This document shows positions 53,561 through 62,428 of a stretch of DNA of 64,000 nucleotides, one piece after another. Position numbers and translations under genes: made by a program. A model generated the notes under the pieces. That model saw only the letters and a list, made by a program, of their open reading frames with translations. It was not told the origin of the DNA and searched no databases. Position 1 is the stretch's first letter. Every line of letters starts with the position of its first letter. This stretch comes from a virus (taxonomy: Duplodnaviria > Caudoviricetes): IMG/VR virus record IMGVR_UViG_3300025909_000005; one strand, written 5' to 3'.

Positions 53561-53951
53561 CAAGTTCCCTAATATTGATGCGAACACGATTGGTGGACTC
53601 TGGTTTGCCTGTGTCGAAGTTGAAGGGGTTCCAAGAAGCAAACTCATGTAGGCCCAAGTTCGTTGACTTTGCCTCAATAGTCTTGCATAGCTTCGTCATG
53701 TTCCTGGCAACTTCCAGGTCATGTGCTCGATTTTGATCGTCATCCTCGATCGGGCCCGGCGAGGGGTCCCACTCAGGCACCTTCAGCGTCAAGTAGGAGT
53801 AACCGTCCTTATCGGGCTTTGTCAGCCCGAGGAACTTGTAACCAGGACCGAAGTTCAGTCTCTTAAGGAGGTCGTTGAAGATCGGAAGCTTCGTCTTCGG
53901 TATTGAAGCCTTGAGCTTTGCCAGGTCCTCAAGAAGTTCGGTGACTTTCAT
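53553..53951 (-). CDS. Putative head-packaged protein (MKVTELLE|D)
   Basis: Family leader; inserted between the gp5-like and gp25-like genes with overlaps at both ends. Confidence 0.62.
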   Translation of the reverse strand: MKVTELLEDLAKLKASIPKTKLPIFNDLLKRLNFGPGYKFLGLTKPDKDGYSYLTLKVPEWDPSPGPIEDDDQNRAHDLEVARNMTKLCKTIEAKSTNLGLHEFASWNPFNFDTGKPESTNRVRINIRELDE

Positions 53952-55048
53952 TTCTTCCAGTTCTTGTTGCGTGCGAAGACACCGTCAGGGCGGGTCCATG
54001 GTTCATGGTCAGGTGTGATGTCTGGTTTGTCAGCGCACGGTGCAGACTTGGCAGGCGGGCCATTCAAGTGGATCTGAGATCCGGTCTGGTGAATGTAACC
54101 GCTAGCCTTGAGGTCGACTGCTGCCGTGCTCTCGATATTTAGGCCCTTGCCGGAAAGAGAGATGTCGCTGCAGGCGGAGCCGCGCAGCCAACCGCCAGAA
54201 CTCAGGTTGATGTTACCACCAGCCAGAAGATTGATGTTGCCGTTCGCTGTGAAATTCATGTCGGCGCCCGAGCTGACTGAGATGGATGAAGCTCCGTACA
54301 TGTGGACGTGACCATCAGAGTCCATCTCGATCCAGGTGTTGCCCTTCGCGGTGCTGATGTAGATGCGTTCGTTCGCGTCGTCTAGAATGATCTGGTGACC
54401 GTCAGCTGTCTTGAGGCGCATGCGGCCTGTTGCAGGGTTGTCCTGCATGATGATAGCGTGTCGGCCTGGCGTGACCAAGCAGTACGTCTGTGGGTCCAGG
54501 CCGGCATCTGGAACGACGCTATTCTGGTACCCCTCTGAGCCATCTCGGTTGTCCACGCCTTGCGCAACAGACCGCTCGTAGACACCACGAGTCAGGGCCT
54601 CAGGCGCATCCAGCTTTCCATTGAACTGCTGGCTCAGGTTCGTGTTCTGCGGTTCAACTGAGTCAAAGGTGTCAGAGAGTGGAACGTTGGCCAGGTCAGA
54701 GCGGTTTCGACCCTGTGGCAGGGAACGGTTGCCGTGTGGTCGGAAGATCGAGCCGAGGTAGTGGCGCTGCATCGGGTCACCGTACATCAGCGCAATCATG
54801 ACGATCGAGCCAACCTTCGGGATGGCCCAGAAGCCATACGACATGTGGCCTGTGGTGGGGGTGCCAGAGGATCCAGCAGGGTAGTTCGAGGTCTGACCAC
54901 CTAGAGGAGAGACGTACGTCGCCCAAGGAATGTTCTCGGGCCGATAGTCATCGCCATCAAGGGCAGGGCACCAGACCCGGACACGACCCATCTGCTGAGG
55001 ATCGCTGGAGTCGATGACGACGCCTTCAATGAGGCTGTGGTGAATCAT
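53948..55048 (-). CDS. gp5: Baseplate central spike (gp5/VgrG-like OB-fold + beta-helix, no lysozyme domain)
   Basis: DPQQMGRVRVW...IPWA...P.VGS OB-fold; C-terminal beta-helix repeats. Confidence 0.82.
   Translation of the reverse strand: MIHHSLIEGVVIDSSDPQQMGRVRVWCPALDGDDYRPENIPWATYVSPLGGQTSNYPAGSSGTPTTGHMSYGFWAIPKVGSIVMIALMYGDPMQRHYLGSIFRPHGNRSLPQGRNRSDLANVPLSDTFDSVEPQNTNLSQQFNGKLDAPEALTRGVYERSVAQGVDNRDGSEGYQNSVVPDAGLDPQTYCLVTPGRHAIIMQDNPATGRMRLKTADGHQIILDDANERIYISTAKGNTWIEMDSDGHVHMYGASSISVSSGADMNFTANGNINLLAGGNINLSSGGWLRGSACSDISLSGKGLNIESTAAVDLKASGYIHQTGSQIHLNGPPAKSAPCADKPDITPDHEPWTRPDGVFARNKNWKK
54136..54141 (-). promoter_or_regulatory. Intragenic late-promoter core (CTAAATAT)
   Basis: CTA AAT codons about 185 nt upstream of the MKVTELLE gene. 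Confidence 0.4.
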
Positions 55049-57192
55049 ACGGTCTTCACTGTCTTGGTTGTGGCGCTGTTCGTTGTCTTGCCCAGGCCAA
55101 ACACGTTGTGGAGGTAGAGCTCAAGCGTTTGCGTGAAGCTTGAACCTTCGATGTGGTTGGCGACCTTGAAGACGACGTAGTAGTTGTCCTTGAGAACCTC
55201 CGTGGCGTAGTTCGTGCCAGAGATTGGTTTGCCACGGAAATCGACGTTCGGACCCTTGATGTTGATGAGCACGAAGACCGGCGCGGAGGCGTAGCCCGTG
55301 CTGCCAAGCGTGTTCTGCAGCACGAGGGTGCCGTCCTCTCGCCTGAAACTGTTAACCTGCTCGCCTGTTGTAACGTTCGACGTCACCGTGTTGTTGCGGA
55401 TGATCTTGTCTACGAACCACTGACGATATGCCGTCTTTACGCTAGGGGCAACCGATGACGCTGTTCCACCAGCCGAGACAGTGCTGTCATTCGTATGGCG
55501 AAGCAAGGTATCGTAGTTGAACTTCTGCATGATCGTTGGGTTTCCACGAATCGTGATCAGCGCGGTGACGGGACTGGTGGCGTAGAAAGCTGACAGGTTC
55601 TTGGTGTAGTCCTGTGCCGACTTCTGGTGTTCCTTTGCATCCTTCGTTGACTTGAGTTTGCTGAACCGAGAAAAATTACGAAGCTCCTCACCCGTAGAAT
55701 GTGGCAGTAGAATCGCGTCGTAGGCACGTGCCTGAATCAACTCGGCTGTTCGATCAACAGGGTTCTTGGGATCCTCTTGGCCGTTATCAGAAATTCCTGC
55801 AAGAGCAGCAGCACCCACGTTCAAGTTGGCCTGGTACAGGTACTGGAGGTTCTGGATCTTGAGATCGAAGTTCAAGATGTCCTTGTTCATACCCGTGTAG
55901 ATGTAGTCAAACTCGGCGTAGTTCAAGGGGATCCGGCGACCGTCATCCCCGACGGGCTTGTAGAACTGCGAGGCATCCGAGTTGGCCTGCGAGTGAGCAT
56001 TGGCCTTCTGCACTTCCACGTTGGGCACAACGAACTCCACCACGTCAACGTGCACGCAGATCGTGTCATCGTCACTAGACAGGCCGATGATGTGGTTGTA
56101 GAACTTGATCACGTCCTTATCATGGACGCCAGCACCCAGGTCCTGAATGGCGGGGACAGAACGAAACAGTGCGTCAAGAGCGTCGGTGATCTTCGATTCA
56201 GGCTGAAATGAGAAGTGCGTATCAATGATCTTTGGAGATTCAAGAGTTTCCGGCGCCTGATTTTGGGCCTTCTTGATCTTTTCATTGGCGGCTGCTGACT
56301 CAGCGTCCCGTTTGAAGATGATCTCCTTCGCGTTAGCAACTGCGTGAGCGGACAGCTCAAAGTCGGCCCAGCGGCCTGGCGATCCAACTGCTAGCTCATC
56401 GCCAGGCAGAGTGATCATGTACTTTACCAGCCGGCCGAAGTGGCCGTTGCCGCCCTTTGCTGCTTGAACGTCATTGTAAAAATCTAGGGACTTCTTGTTG
56501 AGCACCGCCTGAAAGTTCTCCACGATGCTGCCTAGGGTGTTCGATCCAACCTTGGAGAAGATGGTAGCTGCTGAGGTGACACGAAGCCAGTCTGTATCCA
56601 CAACGGCATCGAAGTTCAGGTATGGCAGCCACTCGATAGTATAGACTCCCTTCGAGAAGTCAAGGTTCAACTCCAGCTTCTGAAGCATGAGCGGCAGAGT
56701 GATTGTCTGAACCGTTTCAGTGCCGTACTTTCCGGTCTTGGAGTTCTTGCCCTCACCAACGAAGATCACGCGGAGCATGAAGACGATGCCGTTGAAGTTG
56801 CACTGCATCTGCTCGTCAACAAGGTACTGCAGGAAGTTTACAAACGAGATGCCTACGGCATCCAGCATGGTCATTGAGACTTTGCTGACTACGTTCGAGT
56901 GTGCGTTTCCAGCGGCCAGACCGTTGATCAAGACCTCGTAGTCAAGGTGTTGAATGCTGAACTGGGAGAAGCGGCGGGTGTCCATGACCAGAAACGCGGC
57001 CCGCTTCTTGTTTAGGTACTCGATGGGATCACCAAGCTGTGAGGTGCTGTTGATCGCCTCGAGTGTGGCGTTCTGAACGTTACGGTCCTCGGAGACAAAG
57101 TCAGCTGCGTCCTCAGTCGTCCTTGTAGCGACCATGACGTAGTGGACCGAGTAGCTCTCGAACTCATCAAGCGGATTGTAAAGGGATGCCAT
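55045..57192 (-). CDS. Baseplate hub-like protein (gp27-like by position)
   Basis: 715 aa between the LysM-like wedge gene and the spike; ends FTQTLEL. Call is inferred from synteny. Confidence 0.55.
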   Translation of the reverse strand: MASLYNPLDEFESYSVHYVMVATRTTEDAADFVSEDRNVQNATLEAINSTSQLGDPIEYLNKKRAAFLVMDTRRFSQFSIQHLDYEVLINGLAAGNAHSNVVSKVSMTMLDAVGISFVNFLQYLVDEQMQCNFNGIVFMLRVIFVGEGKNSKTGKYGTETVQTITLPLMLQKLELNLDFSKGVYTIEWLPYLNFDAVVDTDWLRVTSAATIFSKVGSNTLGSIVENFQAVLNKKSLDFYNDVQAAKGGNGHFGRLVKYMITLPGDELAVGSPGRWADFELSAHAVANAKEIIFKRDAESAAANEKIKKAQNQAPETLESPKIIDTHFSFQPESKITDALDALFRSVPAIQDLGAGVHDKDVIKFYNHIIGLSSDDDTICVHVDVVEFVVPNVEVQKANAHSQANSDASQFYKPVGDDGRRIPLNYAEFDYIYTGMNKDILNFDLKIQNLQYLYQANLNVGAAALAGISDNGQEDPKNPVDRTAELIQARAYDAILLPHSTGEELRNFSRFSKLKSTKDAKEHQKSAQDYTKNLSAFYATSPVTALITIRGNPTIMQKFNYDTLLRHTNDSTVSAGGTASSVAPSVKTAYRQWFVDKIIRNNTVTSNVTTGEQVNSFRREDGTLVLQNTLGSTGYASAPVFVLINIKGPNVDFRGKPISGTNYATEVLKDNYYVVFKVANHIEGSSFTQTLELYLHNVFGLGKTTNSATTKTVKTV

Positions 57193-57566
57193 TAGACGAT
57201 AGGTAGGATGGTGGTCGGAATCTCACGGGTAGATGGGATGCCGCCAGTCTTTCCGCTGAGAATGACCTCAAGACGGGATGATGATGGGATAGCGATTCTG
57301 GCTCCAGCGACGATCTCGCTGAATGGATCTAGGATGTTGTTGTACTGAGCGAGAACCCACCAGTAGTGAGGATCACCCAGGAACAGGGCAGCAATCAGGT
57401 CAAGGCGACCCGAGAACTTCTGCTCCACCATGTAGACGATGTCGTCGGGCGCTGCAGAGAAGTTGTTGCGTTCCCACCACTCAATGGAGTTCTGGCCCAT
57501 CTCACTGCTGCCGCCTGAGACATAGCGGGTCTTGCTGTTCAAGACGGAGTTGCGTTGTACTGTCAT
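57192..57566 (-). CDS. gp53: LysM-like baseplate wedge protein (gp53-like)
   Basis: GRLDLIAALFLGDPHYWWVLAQYNNILDP signature. Confidence 0.78.
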   Translation of the reverse strand: MTVQRNSVLNSKTRYVSGGSSEMGQNSIEWWERNNFSAAPDDIVYMVEQKFSGRLDLIAALFLGDPHYWWVLAQYNNILDPFSEIVAGARIAIPSSSRLEVILSGKTGGIPSTREIPTTILPIV

Positions 57567-59003
57567 TTAGCTTCCACGTGAGTTGACAACGTGGCCCTGC
57601 GCATTCAGCGAACGGCCCTTGCTGTCTGTGCTGACGGCATCCTGACTCTCGCTCGGATCAGCAGGGGTACCAAAATCTGAATCCATCTCAGCTGGAGCTT
57701 GAACATTTGTTTCAGTCTGAGTTGGTGACTTGTCAGTGTCTGCTGTGATGTCGCGAGATGGCGTGCCGAATGGGCTGTACGCGCCAAGCATGTCACCGTT
57801 GCGGTAGGCTGTGAGGTCGAACCCGTTGAACTCTTCAACCGAGAAGCTCTCGACGAGGGTCATGTTGACCTGCAGCACGACTGGCCATGGAACGTAGTTG
57901 CCATCGTACTCATTCGTATCTGTCGTTGGAATGTAGTCGACGTCCTTCGGCCAGTCCCAGTTCAAGGACGTGATGACGACAGGAACCTCACCCACAACAC
58001 CACGAAGGCCGAACAGGGACAGCACTGGAGGTGGGGCGCCGAGTCGGTCTGGGTTGTCGGTCGCGAGAATTTCTTGACCAAAGTACGGCATGGTCCAACC
58101 ACGGAGCATGTTTAGGTAGCCACGGTTCTTGGTAGCCTCAGACGACGTGCGCGACACGAAGGTGGCGCTAACCGTCCATTGAACCGATTCCGTTCCTTCG
58201 TACTTCTGAAAGGCACCTGGAAACTGAGCTGGTGAAACTGGAGTGTACTTGACAACGTGCGACTCAGTGACCTGAGGCATGATCTCGAAGATGACGACGT
58301 TCTTGAGGTCATCTCGCTCTGTCAGCGTGAAGACGTGGGCAGATGAACGGCCCTTGGCTCCGGCTGCTCGAATGATTGCAGAGGCTGATGGTTGTGCGGT
58401 TCCAGTGTTGCCGACGATCGTCGACTGCGCCTTCGGTGTGAGCAGGCCTGCCATACCGCCTGCGGTAGAGCCGCTGTTTCCTGTCATGATAGCGCTCTTC
58501 ATGCTCGAGAAGCCGGGCAGGTTTGCGCCGAGCGTGCTGAAGGCCGAGGTTGTGTCTAGGCCGAACTGATCAAAGGTGCGGTTGCTGGCTTCAGCCAACT
58601 TCGTCGTCGAATCTGTCAGCGTGAAGCTGCTGGTTGTTCCAGTTGGAACGTCCAGTGGCTGAGCGTCCAGGAACTGCTTCTTGACGAACTGCTGTTCTTC
58701 AGTCAGCGTCGCGTTGCCGTTTGGATCGACGTACGCGGTTGCTGGATCCTCTGTCTCGGTATCTGCAGAGCCGTTGTCAACGTCAACAGGAGGACGTGGG
58801 GATCCGGGCGGCGTGCTTGCGACCTGTGCTCGAACTGCTTGAAGGTCAGCAAGGTTCGCTGTCGCGTACTGGTAGCTTGAGGAGGTTTGATCCAGGCGTG
58901 GCAACACGTTCTGAATGCCAGAGATCTGCTTGTCGACCGCTGCGTACCATTCAGGTGAGCCAGGTGCTGTGCCACCGCCAATGGCGGATGGATCAATCGG
59001 CAT
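57567..59003 (-). CDS. Baseplate/tail-tube initiator-like protein
   Basis: Start re-assigned to ATG 59003; APPPVLSL...VPVVITSLNWDW tube-initiator-like pattern. Confidence 0.55.
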   Translation of the reverse strand: MPIDPSAIGGGTAPGSPEWYAAVDKQISGIQNVLPRLDQTSSSYQYATANLADLQAVRAQVASTPPGSPRPPVDVDNGSADTETEDPATAYVDPNGNATLTEEQQFVKKQFLDAQPLDVPTGTTSSFTLTDSTTKLAEASNRTFDQFGLDTTSAFSTLGANLPGFSSMKSAIMTGNSGSTAGGMAGLLTPKAQSTIVGNTGTAQPSASAIIRAAGAKGRSSAHVFTLTERDDLKNVVIFEIMPQVTESHVVKYTPVSPAQFPGAFQKYEGTESVQWTVSATFVSRTSSEATKNRGYLNMLRGWTMPYFGQEILATDNPDRLGAPPPVLSLFGLRGVVGEVPVVITSLNWDWPKDVDYIPTTDTNEYDGNYVPWPVVLQVNMTLVESFSVEEFNGFDLTAYRNGDMLGAYSPFGTPSRDITADTDKSPTQTETNVQAPAEMDSDFGTPADPSESQDAVSTDSKGRSLNAQGHVVNSRGS

Positions 59004-59697
59004 CAGTCTTCTCCTCTTCTTGTGGCAGAACTGCCTTGATCTTGTTGAACATGAGCTGCGCCAGCTTCGGCTTGTTCTCCAAGCCAGTGATGTGGGCAAA
59101 CTCCTTCAGGTAACCGAGTTCGACGGCACGACGGGCCATGGTACCAGAAACTTCTGAGTCGTCAAGCACGTCACCCTTCTTGAGGGCAGCGAGTGCCTTC
59201 TCCATGGCCCCCTTCTTGTCTTCAGAAGGACCTTCCTGGTTTTCACGAGGCAGGTCAATCTTCGTGTGAGCAATCTTGCCACCATCTGGCGTGGTGAAGT
59301 ACTTGTTCAGGATCTTGATGTAGTTGTCAGCCCGGTCAGAGCCGGCGGCGACAGAGATTGGTTCGTAGCCTGCACGTCGCACGGCCTCAAAGGCGGCGAA
59401 GCCGGATGGTGCAGTGAGGAACTTCACACCATTTGCCTGGCCAGAGGCCTGCATAAACTTGATGCGGTCCTCAGCTGAGAGTGGATTCTTCGACTTGTCC
59501 TGACTGGTCTTCTCACCTTCTACAACCACGACGACGGGGGCAGCCAGGTTCAGGTCAGGGTTGTTCCGCATGTAGGCCTTCATGGTGTCGATCACCCTGT
59601 AGTGGCCACGGGTTGGCGGGTTCATTCGGCCAACCATGACAGCAGCCCGCTTCTTCTGCATGCCAACTGTCTCTTCGATGATAAATTCTTCTGTCAT
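58993..59697 (-). CDS. Cytidyltransferase-like (HIGH-superfamily) nucleotidyltransferase
   Basis: GRMNPPTRGH, KNPLS and AGSDR motifs, C-terminal SGTMAR; start re-assigned to ATG 59697. Confidence 0.82.
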   Translation of the reverse strand: MTEEFIIEETVGMQKKRAAVMVGRMNPPTRGHYRVIDTMKAYMRNNPDLNLAAPVVVVVEGEKTSQDKSKNPLSAEDRIKFMQASGQANGVKFLTAPSGFAAFEAVRRAGYEPISVAAGSDRADNYIKILNKYFTTPDGGKIAHTKIDLPRENQEGPSEDKKGAMEKALAALKKGDVLDDSEVSGTMARRAVELGYLKEFAHITGLENKPKLAQLMFNKIKAVLPQEEEKTDAD

Positions 59698-59879
59698 TTG
59701 GTGAACACCACGGCAATAGCAAAGATGACTAGGATGAGAGCCCAAAGCCCAGCGGCGAAAAGAATCGCTCCCTCCTCGCTTTTTAGCTGCTTTTCGCATT
59801 CACACTTTAAAATGAACGAAACAGAGAAGTACAGCCCAAGACCGGCCATGAGAATGAGAAATGCTGCGAACCAGTACAT
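59694..59879 (-). CDS. Small two-TM membrane protein
   Basis: 61 aa with two hydrophobic helices; ATGA overlap; AGGAG SD. Confidence 0.6.
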   Translation of the reverse strand: MYWFAAFLILMAGLGLYFSVSFILKCECEKQLKSEEGAILFAAGLWALILVIFAIAVVFTK

Positions 59880-59899
59880 ACGTGCTCCTTGCGATCGGA

Positions 59900-59906
59900 T
59901 ATTTAT
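59900..59906 (-). promoter_or_regulatory. Late promoter ATAAATA at the head of the baseplate operon
   Basis: Intergenic, upstream of 59879. Confidence 0.75.
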
Positions 59907-59945
59907 GGACCATCCAGATCCCCTCGGTTCACCCTTTTCTCGTCC

Positions 59946-59969
59946 TAAATATGAACGCGATGTTACAAT
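59946..59969 (+). promoter_or_regulatory. TAAATA (late) plus TGTTACAAT (extended -10) upstream of the late sigma gene
   Basis: Both motifs lie in the divergent intergenic region. Confidence 0.45.
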
Positions 59970-60018
59970 CTATCTAACGTCGCATCAACTCTAAAATCCC
60001 GTAGGAAGGGTAAGATCC

Positions 60019-60501
60019 ATGGCGACGACTCCACAAAAGAAAATTGTACCGATCAAGAAGGCAAAGTCTACGAGCACTCGTGGGCACTACGTCACAAATG
60101 CACAGCTCCTCGAAGCCATCGCGGCTGACAAGGCCAACGGAAACAAGCTGAGCGAGAAGCTCGGCAACTACCTCTACATGATCGCTGAGAGGTACTCGTA
60201 CAGCTCGTCGTTTGCAGGTTACTCGTTCCGCGAAGACATGGTGTCCTTCGCAGTAGTGAACCTCTGCGCGAACTGGTACAAGTTCGACCCGGCAAAGTCA
60301 GACAACCCATTCGCATTCTACACCACAGCAGCCTACCGCTCGTTCCTTCAGTACCTCGCTGACGAGAAGAAGCAGCGCGACATCCGTGACAAGATGCTCG
60401 TCGATGCCGGCGCAAACCCATCCTTCTCGTACCAAGAACGGTCGAAGGCCAACACGTCCACATCAGACGACACGGCGTTCCGCTCCTCCGCAACGGAGTA
60501 A
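60019..60501 (+). CDS. gp55: Late-transcription sigma factor (T4 gp55-like)
   Basis: HYVTNAQLL, FAGYSFREDM and FDPAKSDNPFAFYTTAAYRSFL signature; gp55-gp47-gp46 synteny. Confidence 0.93.
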   Translation: MATTPQKKIVPIKKAKSTSTRGHYVTNAQLLEAIAADKANGNKLSEKLGNYLYMIAERYSYSSSFAGYSFREDMVSFAVVNLCANWYKFDPAKSDNPFAFYTTAAYRSFLQYLADEKKQRDIRDKMLVDAGANPSFSYQERSKANTSTSDDTAFRSSATE

Positions 60502-60503
60502 GC

Positions 60504-61571
60504 ATGAAGGTCACGTCAACGATGGCCGAGTTCAAGAACATCCGAAAGCTGGCGATGTTCACGGACATTCACTTCGGCGCGCGCAACAACTCGGACCAGC
60601 ACAACCTCGACAACCTCGACTTCGTGGACTGGTTCTGCAAGATGGTCAAGGACGAGCAACCGAGTCACATCGCTTTTCTAGGAGACTGGTTTGAGAATCG
60701 GAATCAGATCAACATTCGGACCCTTCACCGTTCGAATGAGGCCTGCAGGCGTCTCAATGCGCTTGGGCTTCCCATTATCTTCATCGTCGGGAATCACGAT
60801 CTCTACCACCGTTCCGATCGCTCAATCTTCTCGACCGACATCTTCAGCAACTTCGAAAACTTCCACCTCATCTCAGAGCCGACGTCCCTCGGTAAGGATT
60901 GGTTTGTGGCACCGTATCTGTTCCGTGCTGAGTATCCAAATCTGGTAGCAGACATCAACACGGCGAAGTACGTGCTCGGTCACTTCGAGTTTCGTGGCTA
61001 CGTTGTGACTGGTGCAGACCGAGTGATGGACCATGGTCCAGATGCAGAGGACTTCAAGGGCCCGAAGTACATCTTCTCTGGTCACTTCCACAAGCGTCAG
61101 GCCAACAAGAACATCATCTACATCGGCAACACGTTCCCAACGAACTACGGCGATGCAGGTGACAAGGAACGTGGCTGCGCCATCTTCGACGTGGAGAAGG
61201 ACGAGATCTGGTTCCACGACTGGGAGGAAGCTCCGCTGTTCTTCAAGACGCGGCTGTCTCGCGTGCTTGGCGGTGAGGCTGACTTTCCACCGCGTTCACG
61301 CGTTCGCTGCGTGATCGACATGGACATCGGCTACTCAGACGTGCAGGCTCTCAAGGAGGAGATGCTCAAGGGCTTCGAGCTCCGTGAATTCTCGGTTGAG
61401 GAGGACATGGCCACTCGTAAGGAGATGATCGCAGAAGGCATGGAGCTGGAAGGTGACCTGGACCTGTCTTCACTTGACAACACAGTGCGCCAGCTGATCA
61501 CCGAAGGTGTGGCCCCATCGGCAACGATCGACCCCACCCACCTGATCAAACTCTATGAGGAGCTCGCATGA
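60504..61571 (+). CDS. gp47: Recombination endonuclease subunit (gp47/Mre11/SbcD-like)
   Basis: TDIHFG, LGDWF, VGNHD and SGHFH phosphoesterase motifs. Confidence 0.93.
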   Translation: MKVTSTMAEFKNIRKLAMFTDIHFGARNNSDQHNLDNLDFVDWFCKMVKDEQPSHIAFLGDWFENRNQINIRTLHRSNEACRRLNALGLPIIFIVGNHDLYHRSDRSIFSTDIFSNFENFHLISEPTSLGKDWFVAPYLFRAEYPNLVADINTAKYVLGHFEFRGYVVTGADRVMDHGPDAEDFKGPKYIFSGHFHKRQANKNIIYIGNTFPTNYGDAGDKERGCAIFDVEKDEIWFHDWEEAPLFFKTRLSRVLGGEADFPPRSRVRCVIDMDIGYSDVQALKEEMLKGFELREFSVEEDMATRKEMIAEGMELEGDLDLSSLDNTVRQLITEGVAPSATIDPTHLIKLYEELA

Positions 61572-61999
61572 TTCTAAGTTTGACCTACATGGACAGTGAA
61601 CTCAACTCGACGTCTCAGGACCTCCACATCCACTGGAAGTCAAGGTGCCTGGACTACGTTGAGGTGTTGAACACTGAGCTGCACCCAGAGACCTGCAAGT
61701 TTCGTGAGAGCATGTTTGAGACGCAGGCCATTCGACAGGCACGAGGTGAGGACATCGCCGCAGAGGAGCTCGCGACTGAGGACATGTGCCTTCGCGAGTA
61801 CGTCAACTGGAAGCTTGGAAAGCCAGCTGTGATGTATGGCATCGACATGGAGGTTGAGCTTTCCCAGATCTACATGGAGCGGCTCAACGACCGCACATCT
61901 GACAAGGAGCTCATGGCATATGGACGTCGCTTCAAGAACATCCTCAAGCTGATGGTCGCAGAGAAGGAGCACAACATGAGACTGGCAGGTGAGCTGTGA
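61568..61999 (+). CDS. Hypothetical protein
   Basis: 143 aa, ATGA overlap. Confidence 0.7.
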   Translation: MILSLTYMDSELNSTSQDLHIHWKSRCLDYVEVLNTELHPETCKFRESMFETQAIRQARGEDIAAEELATEDMCLREYVNWKLGKPAVMYGIDMEVELSQIYMERLNDRTSDKELMAYGRRFKNILKLMVAEKEHNMRLAGEL

Positions 62000-62151
62000 A
62001 GATCAAGACGCGTGACAAGCCGATTCAGTCCACGGGCGGCATCAACTTCGTGGCTCCCAAGACGCCGAAGACCTTCGCAGAAAAGGTCAAGGAGTGGCTG
62101 AAGCGGAAGCCAAAGGAAGAAGCAAAGCTTGATTGGGATTCCCTTGACTGA
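61996..62151 (+). CDS. Small basic hypothetical protein (not in ORF track)
   Basis: GTGA overlap; MKIKTRDKP...DWDSLD*, 51 aa. Confidence 0.45.
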   Translation: MKIKTRDKPIQSTGGINFVAPKTPKTFAEKVKEWLKRKPKEEAKLDWDSLD

Positions 62152-62428
62152 CGCGTCTGATTACTTCATGAAGCACCGATGGGGCGTGTGCGCAATGTGC
62201 GGACCAGTCGTCATCTGTGGGAAGTGTGGTAACAACTGCTGCAATGGCGGCTACGGCGAGATCTTTGGCCCAGAACCTGGCGTCATGGTGCCGTGTGACA
62301 TGTGTCCCTCGGCCTATGACCTCCAAGACATGGGCAATGAACCAACAGGGGTAGCGGACCAGTTCGTGGAACCGATCCCTCCCCTCAATCCCAGCCGGTA
62401 CTGGGAAGGCAAGAACAGAAAACGATGA
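62129..62428 (+). CDS. Cys-rich zinc-binding hypothetical protein (start may be ATG 62168)
   Basis: CAMC...CGKCGNNCCNG...CDMC. Confidence 0.6.
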   Translation: MIGIPLTDASDYFMKHRWGVCAMCGPVVICGKCGNNCCNGGYGEIFGPEPGVMVPCDMCPSAYDLQDMGNEPTGVADQFVEPIPPLNPSRYWEGKNRKR

